Virus record (IMG/VR): IMGVR_UViG_3300005805_000047
Coordinates: 64,001-128,000 of that record
Source of the DNA: a virus
Reading direction: 5' to 3' (one strand)
DNA: 64,000 bases
In this document: piece by piece, positions 39,699 to 49,155 of the stretch
Position numbering within the stretch: the stretch's first letter is position 1
Layout of the letters: each line of letters opens with the position of its first letter
Notes under the pieces: generated by a model
The model's input: the letters and a program-made list of their open reading frames with translations, nothing else
Databases searched by the model: none
What the model was told of the DNA's origin: nothing
Program-made: the position numbers and the translations under genes

Positions 39699-39983
39699 TC
39701 ACTTATCGTCCTCCATGAACTTCTTGACTTCCTCCTCATTGTCGAGAATAGCCGATTCTTTGGTCGCAATCTCATCCTCGTATGTCTCGGTTACCAGAAT
39801 AATGTGTGGATCAATCATTTTGTGAACCGAGAGCAAGGTCTCTATGTCTTGGTGTCGGTATGGGTATCCGTCATCCGTTGCTCGTATGTATTTGGCCACC
39901 CGGTCGGCTATCGCTTTGGACAACTCGAACATTTGCTGGACATTAAGGGTGATTGTGGCTGTGTGTGTTTCTCTGATACTCAT
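39699..39983 (-). CDS. hypothetical protein
   Basis: AGGAGG RBS. Confidence 0.65.
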   Translation of the reverse strand: MSIRETHTATITLNVQQMFELSKAIADRVAKYIRATDDGYPYRHQDIETLLSVHKMIDPHIILVTETYEDEIATKESAILDNEEEVKKFMEDDK

Positions 39984-40030
39984 AAGTACCTCCTGAGATA
40001 GTTACGAACGAAGTAGGGCGAAGTGTGACC

Positions 40031-40459
40031 TTATTTGGCACTATTTATCTTGGCGAAGTGTTCATCCACCTCGTCATGCCCTGCCCACAGTCTGCGACGG
40101 AAAGCGAGATCGCTTGGGTCGATTTTGGTCGCAACCCACGAACGAACCTCATGTTTGTCGTAACGGGTGAACTCTTGGTGAACCAACACGTAGCCATTGC
40201 CGTCAGAGTTATCAAAATCAGCGAACGACACGGGCTTAAAGTCCACACCAAACATGTCGCCGTAGTCGCCCAAATAAACCAATCGGTCGCCGTGCCACTT
40301 GCCATCGGTTGCCGTGAGTTCATTGACGAACTGAACAAGACTGCCAGCGAATGGGTTCTTTGGTGAACCAAACTCACCGAGCTTGTAACCACAACCAAGA
40401 TCGTGTGGCGATACAAATTCTTTCTTGTCTAGGTTGGCGAGTACGAATCCTTGTCCCAT
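40031..40459 (-). CDS. hypothetical protein
   Basis: AGGAGG RBS and upstream GCGCC promoter motif. Confidence 0.7.
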   Translation of the reverse strand: MGQGFVLANLDKKEFVSPHDLGCGYKLGEFGSPKNPFAGSLVQFVNELTATDGKWHGDRLVYLGDYGDMFGVDFKPVSFADFDNSDGNGYVLVHQEFTRYDKHEVRSWVATKIDPSDLAFRRRLWAGHDEVDEHFAKINSAK

Positions 40460-40557
40460 GTTTCCTCCTACTCAAATACTAAGGTCGCATCATTCATGGG
40501 CGCACGGGGGCCAACCTCGTGGCGCGCCCGTAGATGACGTCTCCCTATGCTTGGTTT

Positions 40558-40761
40558 ATGGAAAAGAACCCGAATAACCAATACCTCATCAAAGCAGCAC
40601 TGCTCACGCTTGCGAACTTCATGCTCGTGATCGTGGGGGCAGTCGTAGTCCCAAGCACGGCAATGTTCGTTGCTTGGGCCTTGGGTGCAGTTGTCCTTCA
40701 CACGGTAATTCTCGTGTGGGTGGCAGTCGCCGACCTCAACCGTGAGTTTGGGGGGATCTGA
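40558..40761 (+). CDS. small membrane protein (leaderless)
   Basis: ATG 34 nt after the motif; two hydrophobic segments. Confidence 0.65.
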   Translation: MEKNPNNQYLIKAALLTLANFMLVIVGAVVVPSTAMFVAWALGAVVLHTVILVWVAVADLNREFGGI

Positions 40762-40801
40762 ACTGACGCGCCCAAGGATGAGCAATCGTCATAATTGGAG
40801 T

Positions 40802-41128
40802 ATGGAAACACCGACCTCAATGACCCTCGATTCCGTATGGGCAGGCACTGTTCACGCCTTTGCCGGCAATACCTACGGGCAGATCAACGCGAGTCTGTAC
40901 GTCGGCACGGAAGCGATCAGGCTTGTCCTAGCATTTCCTGAACTCGGCTACCCAGACGAAGCGCACGACTTTGGCTCAGGCGAAGAAGTCGATGCCTATC
41001 TCGCCACTCGTTTCCCAAAGGGTTACAAGGCTGGTCTGTATGAGTTTGGACAGAAGATGATGGCAATCCATACTCCCGCTGCTCGGCAATTCGTGGCCGA
41101 CAGCCACTTCCGTAGCTTGTGTGCGTAA
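40802..41128 (+). CDS. hypothetical protein (leaderless)
   Basis: ATG 34 nt after motif 40768. Confidence 0.7.
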   Translation: METPTSMTLDSVWAGTVHAFAGNTYGQINASLYVGTEAIRLVLAFPELGYPDEAHDFGSGEEVDAYLATRFPKGYKAGLYEFGQKMMAIHTPAARQFVADSHFRSLCA

Positions 41129-41173
41129 TCAAAATCAGTGCGCCGACGCATGACAATCCGTCATACTGTTTCT

Positions 41174-41323
41174 ATGAACAACACCGCAGAACACACACAC
41201 GAATGGGAATATTCCGATCAGTCCGAACCACACAAAGGTAGGGAATACTACGTTTGTCGCGAGTGTGGCACGACTCTGGTTACAGATCCAGAGACTGGCG
41301 ACCTTCTAGAACTTCCTGCTTGA
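41174..41323 (+). CDS. small Zn-ribbon-like protein (leaderless)
   Basis: ATG 34 nt after motif 41140; H.HEW...CRECG. Confidence 0.6.
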   Translation: MNNTAEHTHEWEYSDQSEPHKGREYYVCRECGTTLVTDPETGDLLELPA

Positions 41324-41723
41324 AATCTTTTGCCGGGCTATACCTGGCATAATGCAGTGTCTCTCCGGCATATTCTGGATTTAATGTCTTGTACCAGCCG
41401 CCGATTGACTTCATCAGAATGCCTGGCTTGCCGGTTGCTTCACAAGTTTGTCGAGACATGCTTTCATACTTGTGGACAATGTCCTTCATCTTTAGAAATG
41501 TGAGTTTGTCGCACCCTTCTGACGGGCTGAAGTAATAACGTAGGCCACCGAACTTCTCTTTGATCTGGGCCACTCGATAGCCTGGATCAAGAGCCGTCAA
41601 TTCGGCATCGCAATCAATGGCGATCTGGTACCAACCTTCATCAATTTCAATCCAATTGGAATGCCCGGCGACAAACTTCTCCCGCAACTTTTCTATCTTG
41701 ATCGACGTTTCATTCATATTCAA
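41280..41723 (-). CDS. conserved phage protein (QIKEKFGGLR family)
   Basis: GW...QIKEKFGGLRYY...TCE.TG.PG. Confidence 0.7.
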   Translation of the reverse strand: MNMNETSIKIEKLREKFVAGHSNWIEIDEGWYQIAIDCDAELTALDPGYRVAQIKEKFGGLRYYFSPSEGCDKLTFLKMKDIVHKYESMSRQTCEATGKPGILMKSIGGWYKTLNPEYAGETLHYARYSPAKDFKQEVLEGRQSLDL

Positions 41724-41738
41724 AATTTATCAAACAAG

Positions 41739-41811
41739 TGGGCCGAGCGGGGATTGAACCCGCGACCGTCACCTTATAAGAGTGATGCTCTAACCACTGA
41801 GCTACCGGCCC
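41739..41811 (-). tRNA. tRNA-Ile(UAU)
   Basis: GGGCCGGTAGCTCAGTGGTTAGAGC...TCACT-CTTATAA-GGTGA...GGTTCAATCC...TCGGCCCA cloverleaf; CCA not encoded. Confidence 0.9.
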
Positions 41812-41852
41812 CAGAAGGGGCGGTCATATCAACGGGACTGGGCATTGATGTG

Positions 41853-41925
41853 TGGGCCCGGTGGGGTTCGAACCCACGGCCAAGGCATTATGAGTGCCCT
41901 GCTCTAACCACTGAGCTACAGGCCC
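41853..41925 (-). tRNA. tRNA with CAU anticodon, probably Ile2 (lysidine type)
   Basis: GGGCCTGTAGCTCAGTGGTTAGAGC...GGGCA-CTCATAA-TGCCT...GGTTCGAACCC; C4-G69/C5-G68 pairs favour Ile2 over Met. Confidence 0.85.
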
Positions 41926-41947
41926 GTGTATTGGCTGAATGCACATA

Positions 41948-42292
41948 TCAGTCAGTCCAAATTATTTTTGCAACGCCGAGTCTTTTTAGGTAGCGCTGAC
42001 ACTTCGTGCATGGTCGAGATAAAGCCGGCTGTCCGTATCGATCTATTCGAGCGACGTATACATGCGCTCCAAATATCTTTGGCCCGGCAGCAATTGCGGC
42101 TGCGGCCTCTGCGTGAATGTAGGATTTTCGCCATCCCGTAGTCGGATCGCCAATCTTCTTGTTAGTCCCGACAGCTACAACCTTTCCGTTGTTTACTGCC
42201 ACACAACCATGTTTGTAGCGACACTTGCTCTTATGCGCCACCTGGATGGCATGCTGCAAATACTTGTGGATGTTCTTCCTTTTGGTTGACAC
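41948..42292 (-). CDS. cytidine/deoxycytidylate deaminase-family protein
   Basis: HAE and SRPCTKC zinc motifs; GGAGG RBS. Confidence 0.85.
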   Translation of the reverse strand: MSTKRKNIHKYLQHAIQVAHKSKCRYKHGCVAVNNGKVVAVGTNKKIGDPTTGWRKSYIHAEAAAAIAAGPKIFGAHVYVARIDRYGQPALSRPCTKCQRYLKRLGVAKIIWTD

Positions 42293-42388
42293 ATTTCCTC
42301 CACAAATGGAGAATGCCGGGCGGGTTGATCTGAGAAGCCAACCGGTAATTGGGTCCCAATATCAATGCCACCCGGCACTCTAACCGTG

Positions 42389-42847
42389 TCAGAACGGTTC
42401 TGAATCCTCAGTTGCCCCCACTGACACTGCCCGACGTTGCTGGCGAGGGGTTGCCGCACCACCGGACTTCTGCTCGCCACCAGCTGCTTGTACCCGGCGA
42501 CGCTCCAGACTTTCAATCGAACGTGTCAAAATTCCAATTTCCTCAGCGACAATCTCTGTGGTCGAGCGCTTCTGTCCCGTTTCTTTGTCATCCCAACTTC
42601 TCTGTTCGAGACGACCCTGAACGATCACGCCAATGCCCTTTTCGGCCACGCGCGCGAAGTTCTCAGCAAGATAACGCCAGGCGATGACATTGATGAACGA
42701 TGTCTTTTCCTGCTTCTCTTTGTTCTCGTCATACCAGACGTGATTGACTGCCACGCTGAACGAGCATTTAGCCGCTCCACTTGGCAGGAACACAAGTTCC
42801 GGGTCTGAGGTGATATTTCCTACCACCGTTGTTGGTGCCAGATTCAT
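42389..42847 (-). CDS. ssb: single-stranded DNA-binding protein
   Basis: VGNITSDPEL, WRYLAEN, GRLEQRSW, acidic tail ending EPF. Confidence 0.95.
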   Translation of the reverse strand: MNLAPTTVVGNITSDPELVFLPSGAAKCSFSVAVNHVWYDENKEKQEKTSFINVIAWRYLAENFARVAEKGIGVIVQGRLEQRSWDDKETGQKRSTTEIVAEEIGILTRSIESLERRRVQAAGGEQKSGGAATPRQQRRAVSVGATEDSEPF

Positions 42848-42893
42848 TCTTTTTCCTTCCGTTTGGGGTTAGTGAGGGTTAGACTAGCAGCAC

Positions 42894-43163
42894 ATGGCGA
42901 CAGAAGATGGCACCACCAATGAGCTCAAAATGAGGCTAATTGACCACATTGCCGCCATTCTCGACGACCTCGAAATGAGTGACGAGAATGAGGGTGAATA
43001 CTCTGACCAGGCGATTGTCGAGATGCACGATCGCAACATTGGCCTTGCGGGCTTCCTAGTGGCCTCTCTGGGGCTCTCAGACGCGACGAAAGACACAGAT
43101 GGGTATTTCGTAAGGGTGAACCCAGATGACCCCATTTCCTACGTGGATAGGCATTTGAGATAG
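42894..43163 (+). CDS. acidic hypothetical protein
   Basis: 89-aa ORF after a TAGACT -10-like box. Confidence 0.6.
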   Translation: MATEDGTTNELKMRLIDHIAAILDDLEMSDENEGEYSDQAIVEMHDRNIGLAGFLVASLGLSDATKDTDGYFVRVNPDDPISYVDRHLR

Positions 43164-43284
43164 TGCGTTTGTGAACGCGGTGGTGTGTTTGGGTGTCCTG
43201 ACGCCCTACAATTGAGGATAACCATTCCACCGACATAGATCGACAAGTTACTGAAGTCGAGTCGCCAAACCACAGGAGTCGCAA

Positions 43285-43872
43285 TTGAATACAACCATAG
43301 GCGGATTCATTTTATCCATTGGGTTATTTATTGGGGGTGCCTTCATCCCTTCCAGTCCGGGAAATCCCGAACTGAGGGGCTGGACCAAGCAAACACCTGC
43401 CGTCGTTGAACACACGCCGACCCCCCAACCCACCACGACGACTGTGGTCAAAATAGCCTTCCGCCATGGGGACATTTCTTGGCTTCCTGCTCTGGCCGCC
43501 GAAGCCGGCTGGCCTGAGGATACTTGGGAAAAACTAGGTCAAATTATCCTTAGAGAATCGGGTGGTTGTCCAAACCGTAAAGGTGGAGACGTGGTTGATG
43601 AGAACTGTAATATCACGGGTGTTTCTGAGTGGAACCACCGTTCGGATACGGGTCTGCTTCAGATCAACGGGGTGAACTACAACCCCAAGAGGAACAAGTG
43701 GGCCGCCGTCTGTCGAGACATGGGTGTCTGCACCCAAGAGCCACTACTCGACCCCCTGACCAACCTTAAGGCTGGCTATGTTCTCTACACATACTCTGGT
43801 TGGGGTCCGTGGGATCCGTGCACATGGGGTCCGGAATACGCTGACCGTTGCAAGGCTTCCAAGAGGCCATAA
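43285..43872 (+). CDS. secreted lytic transglycosylase (SLT/lysozyme-like)
   Basis: Signal peptide, Thr linker, RESG, GLLQIN, DP.TNL.A, GWGPW. Confidence 0.8.
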   Translation: MNTTIGGFILSIGLFIGGAFIPSSPGNPELRGWTKQTPAVVEHTPTPQPTTTTVVKIAFRHGDISWLPALAAEAGWPEDTWEKLGQIILRESGGCPNRKGGDVVDENCNITGVSEWNHRSDTGLLQINGVNYNPKRNKWAAVCRDMGVCTQEPLLDPLTNLKAGYVLYTYSGWGPWDPCTWGPEYADRCKASKRP

Positions 43873-43912
43873 CACGCGCCGGCGAATTGTGTTGCCGTAA
43901 TCTTTCTATTAA

Positions 43913-43955
43913 GGCAGTCGGGGTGCACCCCTACGTCTGGAAGACCCCGATTGCT
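43913..43955 (+). terminator. intergenic hairpin, possible terminator
   Basis: GGCAGTCGGGGT / ACCCCGATTGCT 12-bp stem with G-U pairs. Confidence 0.45.
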
Positions 43956-44008
43956 GATTGCCAAAGTCCATGCCCATGCCGGCTTGTCAACGGGACTAGT
44001 CTTGCTGA

Positions 44009-44371
44009 ATGGCTAAACAAACAAGACGAAATAAACGAAATAAACGAAACCAGCAACCAGAGCTACTGGACAGATCGGACATTCTTGGCCTCGCCCACGA
44101 AGCTGTCACCGTTGCTCGTAATGAAAAGTATGGCGAACCACAAGATGACTTCTCTTGCACATCCGAGTTGTGGGATTCCTACATTGCTCGACTAATCCAG
44201 GTTCGTGGTTACCCAAACCTCAGACCGTCTGACGTTCCGGTAATGATGATCCTTCTAAAGATCTCTCGAATAGCTCAGTCGCCCGGCGATGCAGATCATT
44301 GGGTCGATATTGCCGGCTATGCCGCTATCGGCGCAGAGTGCGCTTCAGAAGAAGAGGATTGCTGTAACTAA
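44009..44371 (+). CDS. DUF6378-like protein
   Basis: R...YG.P.DDF...W, V..MMILLKISR, DHWVDIAGYAA. Confidence 0.75.
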   Translation: MAKQTRRNKRNKRNQQPELLDRSDILGLAHEAVTVARNEKYGEPQDDFSCTSELWDSYIARLIQVRGYPNLRPSDVPVMMILLKISRIAQSPGDADHWVDIAGYAAIGAECASEEEDCCN

Positions 44372-45070
44372 AAAAGTGAAGTGTTTATCTCTTCATTCGG
44401 ATCTGAGTGAGCGGCTTTAACAAGGTCGCTTATTGCCCTTGCGCCACCAAGCATAATCAACGTGTGGCAAGCATCAATCAAAGCTGACGGATAGTTTCCG
44501 TGTTTTGAGTAAAGGGAATCGGCCATATCTACTGCCGCTTCGCGCGTATTGCGCTCATACGCTTTCATCAAGGCAATCCGTTCCTCTTCCTGTCGAAGCA
44601 AGTGCTCTTCGGCGAGGCTGTTCTGATGATCCTCGTAGAGGTCTTGTATCTCTTGTTGTTCTTGTTCGGTCACTCTGCCACCCTAGCGTCAACAAAATCG
44701 AAGTGTCTTGCCACCTCAACCCCAAACTCATCCGAAAGATCGCCATAAGCAAGTTCTCTCGCATCGAGTTCATCGGTTGTCGTAGCCGCAAGCGTTATTG
44801 AGCGAATCGTGCTTATCGTGGCGAGGGTCTTGTTCGCCCGGAAGGTGACCAAATACGTCTGCTCAAAGTCCAAGTCGCTCATGAATCGAGACCACACTTC
44901 GGACAGTAGGAGTCATACTCGCTCGGCCCGTGATCACAGAAATCCAAATTCTCCTTCTCGAGCGCACGATTGAGAAAGTGAATAGTGCCGAGAATGACAA
45001 GGCCAAATAAATAGAAGGCGATCCATAAGTTCATAAATCCAGAATACACCTGCCGCATCTGTTGACGCAC

Positions 45071-45397
45071 TTAGGCAATAACCAGAGTGCCGTCTGGCAA
45101 TATCGTTTTTATGAAACAAGACTCTGGCTTACCTTGCTTGGCGAGTTCGGAATTGACTGCCCTCGCAAAGTCCGTCTCACCGATACCGAGAATAACTCGG
45201 CCAGCAAGTATTCGATCACGAACAGCCTCGCGATCTATCGTGTCACCGTCAAACGGAAATGCTGGGTTCGGGTCGGTTGTGTGGGCGAGACAGGCATTGC
45301 GAATTTCTGTCTTGGTTGCGAACGGATAGATAGCACCGAGACGATCTTTGTCGTAGAAGTCTTGGCAGTAGTCAATGAAGTCGTTGAGGTTTGTCAT
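45071..45397 (-). CDS. hypothetical protein (leaderless)
   Basis: ATG 34 nt after motif 45431; FDGDTIDREAVRD. Confidence 0.65.
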   Translation of the reverse strand: MTNLNDFIDYCQDFYDKDRLGAIYPFATKTEIRNACLAHTTDPNPAFPFDGDTIDREAVRDRILAGRVILGIGETDFARAVNSELAKQGKPESCFIKTILPDGTLVIA

Positions 45398-45401
45398 AGT
45401 T

Positions 45402-45644
45402 CTAGTATTCCTCGCCGTCATCTTCGGACGCGTTTTCGTCAAAGGCAAACATAGCCTCCCAGCACTTCGGGTGAGTGCCAGAAATAATCTGCTCTCGCAG
45501 TGCCTTATCCAGCTCAGGGAAAGCAACTTGGGCATACTCGCCACTGTTGTAGGCAACGAGACCAGATTGGGTGACGGTTACTTCGCCCTCGCAACCACAG
45601 TGAAAACAACGGCGAGTAGTGACGGTGATAAGTGTGTCGCTCAT
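45402..45644 (-). CDS. small Zn-binding protein (leaderless)
   Basis: CFHCG...QVAFP.L...REQIISGTHPKCW; ATG 34 nt after motif 45678. Confidence 0.65.
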   Translation of the reverse strand: MSDTLITVTTRRCFHCGCEGEVTVTQSGLVAYNSGEYAQVAFPELDKALREQIISGTHPKCWEAMFAFDENASEDDGEEY

Positions 45645-45686
45645 ACGATAACCATAGGTCAAGCTAATCCACCAGCGCGTTTCCGG

Positions 45687-45700
45687 CGAACAAGTGTTCG
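45687..45700. promoter_or_regulatory. LexA (SOS)-type box between divergent promoters
   Basis: CGAAC-AAGT-GTTCG. Confidence 0.55.
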
Positions 45701-45744
45701 GTCCGAGCGTGCGCCGAGGGATGGGGGTCGGATACGTTTGTCGT

Positions 45745-45921
45745 ATGGAAACGATCAACCGACACTTTGACTACATTGACTACTACGAGCGTCAGATCGC
45801 ACGTGAGGCCGCAAAACGCAAACCCAACCAAGCGATCATCTCCTCGGCCCAGTCATACATCGACCACTCACGAAACCGTATCGCCATACTTGGCGCGCTG
45901 GCGAATGAGGGCAGGTTGTAA
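45745..45921 (+). CDS. hypothetical protein (leaderless)
   Basis: ATG 34 nt after motif 45711. Confidence 0.6.
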   Translation: METINRHFDYIDYYERQIAREAAKRKPNQAIISSAQSYIDHSRNRIAILGALANEGRL

Positions 45922-45928
45922 TAGTGGT

Positions 45929-46171
45929 ATGAGAACAACTACCTACGCAGACAAGCAGAAATACATCACGCGCGACTACGGGTCGTTCGTGGGCAAGACC
46001 ATCAAGGAAATTCGACCACTCACTAAAGCAGAGTGCGTGGACTGTGGTTGGGATTTTGAGCACGAGGACTATGCCGTGGTCGTTATCTTTACCGACGGTT
46101 CAGGCTTCATTCCTTTGGCAGACCCCGAAGGCAATGGTGCTGGGTTCTTGGAACAAGCAGTGCTCCAATGA
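45929..46171 (+). CDS. conserved phage protein (DPEGNGAG motif, leaderless)
   Basis: ATG 34 nt after motif 45895. Confidence 0.7.
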   Translation: MRTTTYADKQKYITRDYGSFVGKTIKEIRPLTKAECVDCGWDFEHEDYAVVVIFTDGSGFIPLADPEGNGAGFLEQAVLQ

Positions 46172-46731
46172 GAGACCTTGTTGACGTAGTGCGCGAGCAC
46201 ATGGACATAACTATGTCTACGAAAATTGATGCCTGCCAACGCAATAATGGCCCAACCGATCTCATGCCGATGATGATCTGGATTTCTGCCGACGATACGA
46301 CGAACCTCGCCATAGTCGATGGCAAAGTCCACGCGGCGGATTACATGCCGAAGGCACTCTCACTCATCTACAAGCAATCGCCGAAAGTGATTATCTTCAT
46401 GTCGGAGTCACTTGGCAAGGCACTCACTTCCGAAACAGAACTTGACCAATTTGTGAACTCTCATCAGCCGGGAGATCTCGAAAAACTTCACACCAAATAC
46501 GGACCACTCTCGGGCATTCAGGAACTAATCGCTTTCAATGCCATTGATATGACCAACGGTAGTCAGGTTCAGGGAATTCTGACGTTTGCTTACGACGATA
46601 AAGGTATTCCCGTATTCAATGAACCAGATATTCAGGAAATTCCCACGAGCTTGATTGAGCGCGCCAACATAAGTTCAATATTCAATGCGTTCTACAAGTT
46701 CACGCTGGAAGAGAAGTTGAATTTGAACTAA
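46168..46731 (+). CDS. hypothetical protein
   Basis: 187-aa ORF, ATGA overlap. Confidence 0.65.
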   Translation: MRDLVDVVREHMDITMSTKIDACQRNNGPTDLMPMMIWISADDTTNLAIVDGKVHAADYMPKALSLIYKQSPKVIIFMSESLGKALTSETELDQFVNSHQPGDLEKLHTKYGPLSGIQELIAFNAIDMTNGSQVQGILTFAYDDKGIPVFNEPDIQEIPTSLIERANISSIFNAFYKFTLEEKLNLN

Positions 46732-48595
46732 GTCTGTTCGCTATTCTCTGCCGAACTGCATCAACAACATCGCCGCCGTCGACTGCCCCGGCGACAACTT
46801 GCTCTTTTCGAGAGATGGATTGGTGAATATCCTCGTCGATACTGTTTGCCAGAAGTGCATACGTGACTCGAACCGATCCACGTTGGCCAATTCTGTGGAG
46901 TCGACTGTAGGTTTGCTGCACATCTGCCGGCGTCCACGGCATTTCAACGAAAACTATGTCCTGAGCCGCAGTCAACGTATGCCCGGTCTTCGCTGCCTCA
47001 ATGGATAAAGCTATTACCGGGCTTTCCTCGACCGAATTCTCTTGGAATCGACGCTTTGCTTCCTCGACATCAGCTACTGACATGCCACCTTGGATCTTCA
47101 AGCCGCCGTATCGAGACGCAATTGCGTTTACCGTGTCCCTGTGGTGCGCAGCAACAACAACTTTTTGCCCGGCAACAACCATTTCGTCGATAAGTTCCAT
47201 CACACCAGGCAATTTGGCCTCAGCGGCAAGCCGGCGCAGCACCGAAATACGTGCGAGCTGTTCCGGCGCATTGTTTGATCGACCATTTTGCTCAAGCCAG
47301 GCCCCAACATCTGCCTCAGCGACGTCGTAGTCCCGTCTACCTTTCTCTGAACCCTCAAAATACATCGTCGACTCAAAGACCGGGGGCAATTCTGAGAGAA
47401 CTTGATCCTTTGTTCTCCGGATATAACACGTCGAGCGCAGTGTCGAGTTGAGTTCCTCAAGATTCGAGTGGCCGTCAATGCGAAGTTGGCCGAATTTGTC
47501 TCGATGCGCATTGCAGTAGCGACGCCAGAAGCCCATTCGACCACCGAAAGTGTCGAGCAACCCCAGAAGATCAATCTGAGACACGTATTCAGCTGGTCGA
47601 GAGGCCACGGGTGTCCCAGTAAGCAGCAGAATTGGTGCACTTTCAGATGCCCGGCGACATATTTTCATGGCCGCTTTGGTTCGTTGCGCCGTGTATGTCT
47701 TGAGGTAATGGCTTTCGTCGAATACATAGCCGCCCAGGCCATTCAATTGAGCTTGCCAGGCAACCAGATTGGGATAGCCAACAACCACCACGTCGTAAGT
47801 CCCGTGTTCTGGGAACGATTTACGTCCAGATACCACAGCAATGCGGCGCTCTGGCAACCATTTCGCATACTCTTTGGCCCAATTCAAGGTCAAATTTGCC
47901 GGGCACACGACGGCGATCGGGTACACGGGTGTTTCTCGATGCATTTCCTCAACGGCTGCTATGGCCTGCAGCGTCTTTCCCAGTCCCATCTCGTCAGCAA
48001 TGAAGCATCGCCGGCGATTCCGGGCGTACATTACGCCGGCTTTCTGATACGACATGAGCTTTTCGAACCCGGCAATAGTTATTTCTGCGCCGGTCGAGCG
48101 CGATTCGGCCATTGCATCTTCCATTCGTCTCTGGATTTTGCCGGCTTCACCTCGAACATCATCCGGAACATGCATCCCAAAGCGTTCTGACCAGGCAATT
48201 GCTTGACTGATCGACGAAATTGGGGCCTTCCACGCCTTTGTTTTGGCATCCCAAGTGACTCCTGGTATCTGTTTGATGCTGCGGACTTTAACCGGGTCGT
48301 AACCAAAGCTCAGGAATACGTATTTGCCTTCCATCCGGACACCGAAGGGAATGTTCTTGTGTAACGGGACTGTGAGGCGAAGGACATCTGAATCAATTGT
48401 CAGGCCAATTTCGACTGCAAAGTCCCTTGCTTGAGCCAATGATGTGACCGGAACGCGCCATGCTCGAGCAATTCGATCCCACTTGGCACCCGGAATCAGC
48501 TTTATCCGGCTGACTTCGGCCTTGTCGTAGGGCCAATCCAGCACAAGATGATCATCATCCAGCACCATTCGACCCTTGTTCCCCTCATCTATCAC
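46700..48595 (-). CDS. SNF2-family helicase with two N-terminal HARP-like repeats
   Basis: ADEMGLGKT, DESH, LTGTP, QTYSRLHRIGQ; IK.IPG.KWD...AW twice. Confidence 0.9.
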   Translation of the reverse strand: MIDEGNKGRMVLDDDHLVLDWPYDKAEVSRIKLIPGAKWDRIARAWRVPVTSLAQARDFAVEIGLTIDSDVLRLTVPLHKNIPFGVRMEGKYVFLSFGYDPVKVRSIKQIPGVTWDAKTKAWKAPISSISQAIAWSERFGMHVPDDVRGEAGKIQRRMEDAMAESRSTGAEITIAGFEKLMSYQKAGVMYARNRRRCFIADEMGLGKTLQAIAAVEEMHRETPVYPIAVVCPANLTLNWAKEYAKWLPERRIAVVSGRKSFPEHGTYDVVVVGYPNLVAWQAQLNGLGGYVFDESHYLKTYTAQRTKAAMKICRRASESAPILLLTGTPVASRPAEYVSQIDLLGLLDTFGGRMGFWRRYCNAHRDKFGQLRIDGHSNLEELNSTLRSTCYIRRTKDQVLSELPPVFESTMYFEGSEKGRRDYDVAEADVGAWLEQNGRSNNAPEQLARISVLRRLAAEAKLPGVMELIDEMVVAGQKVVVAAHHRDTVNAIASRYGGLKIQGGMSVADVEEAKRRFQENSVEESPVIALSIEAAKTGHTLTAAQDIVFVEMPWTPADVQQTYSRLHRIGQRGSVRVTYALLANSIDEDIHQSISRKEQVVAGAVDGGDVVDAVRQRIANRLSSNSTSLPA

Positions 48596-49155
48596 GTGTT
48601 CAGACTACCATTTCCAATATGGCAAAGCGATTTGAGACCGAACCGGAAACACCCGGCGAAGATGTCATTGGTGAATCCCTTCTGGGCAAGCAATTGCAGC
48701 AGAAAGTCGCCCAACTTGAGTCCAAGATACGCGATCTGGAATCAAAAATCAGTGCGACACTCAATGACCCGGCATTCAAGAATCGAATTGATACTGACAG
48801 TGAGTCTTGGCGCAAAAACGAAAATGCTCTCGGCAATATTGCCGGCACTCTAAAGTCAGAAAATATTGGCCGGCTTCAGTTGTCGCAGGAATTGCGTAAG
48901 CGTCTTGAAGACGACGTTACCTGATTGCACGTCGAACTCTCTGGATTCATCTTCCAAGTAATCCGGGAGGTAAAACTCCTCGTAAGTGCGATCCACGTTT
49001 GGGTTACGCAATGCACGAAATACGATTCTGACACCTTCTGGCTGCTGTTTGTGCCACTCAAGGGCTTCAAGTCCGTTCGCAAAAGGACCATATATCTTGC
49101 TGTTGGTCATCAACTCTGCGATGACCGGAGTTTTTACATCGGCGAGTGACATGAG

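Noticed and set aside
43164-43284. Riboswitch in the leader of the SLT gene
   Set aside because: Only a short TCGAC/GTCGA hairpin; no recognisable c-di-AMP or other aptamer consensus
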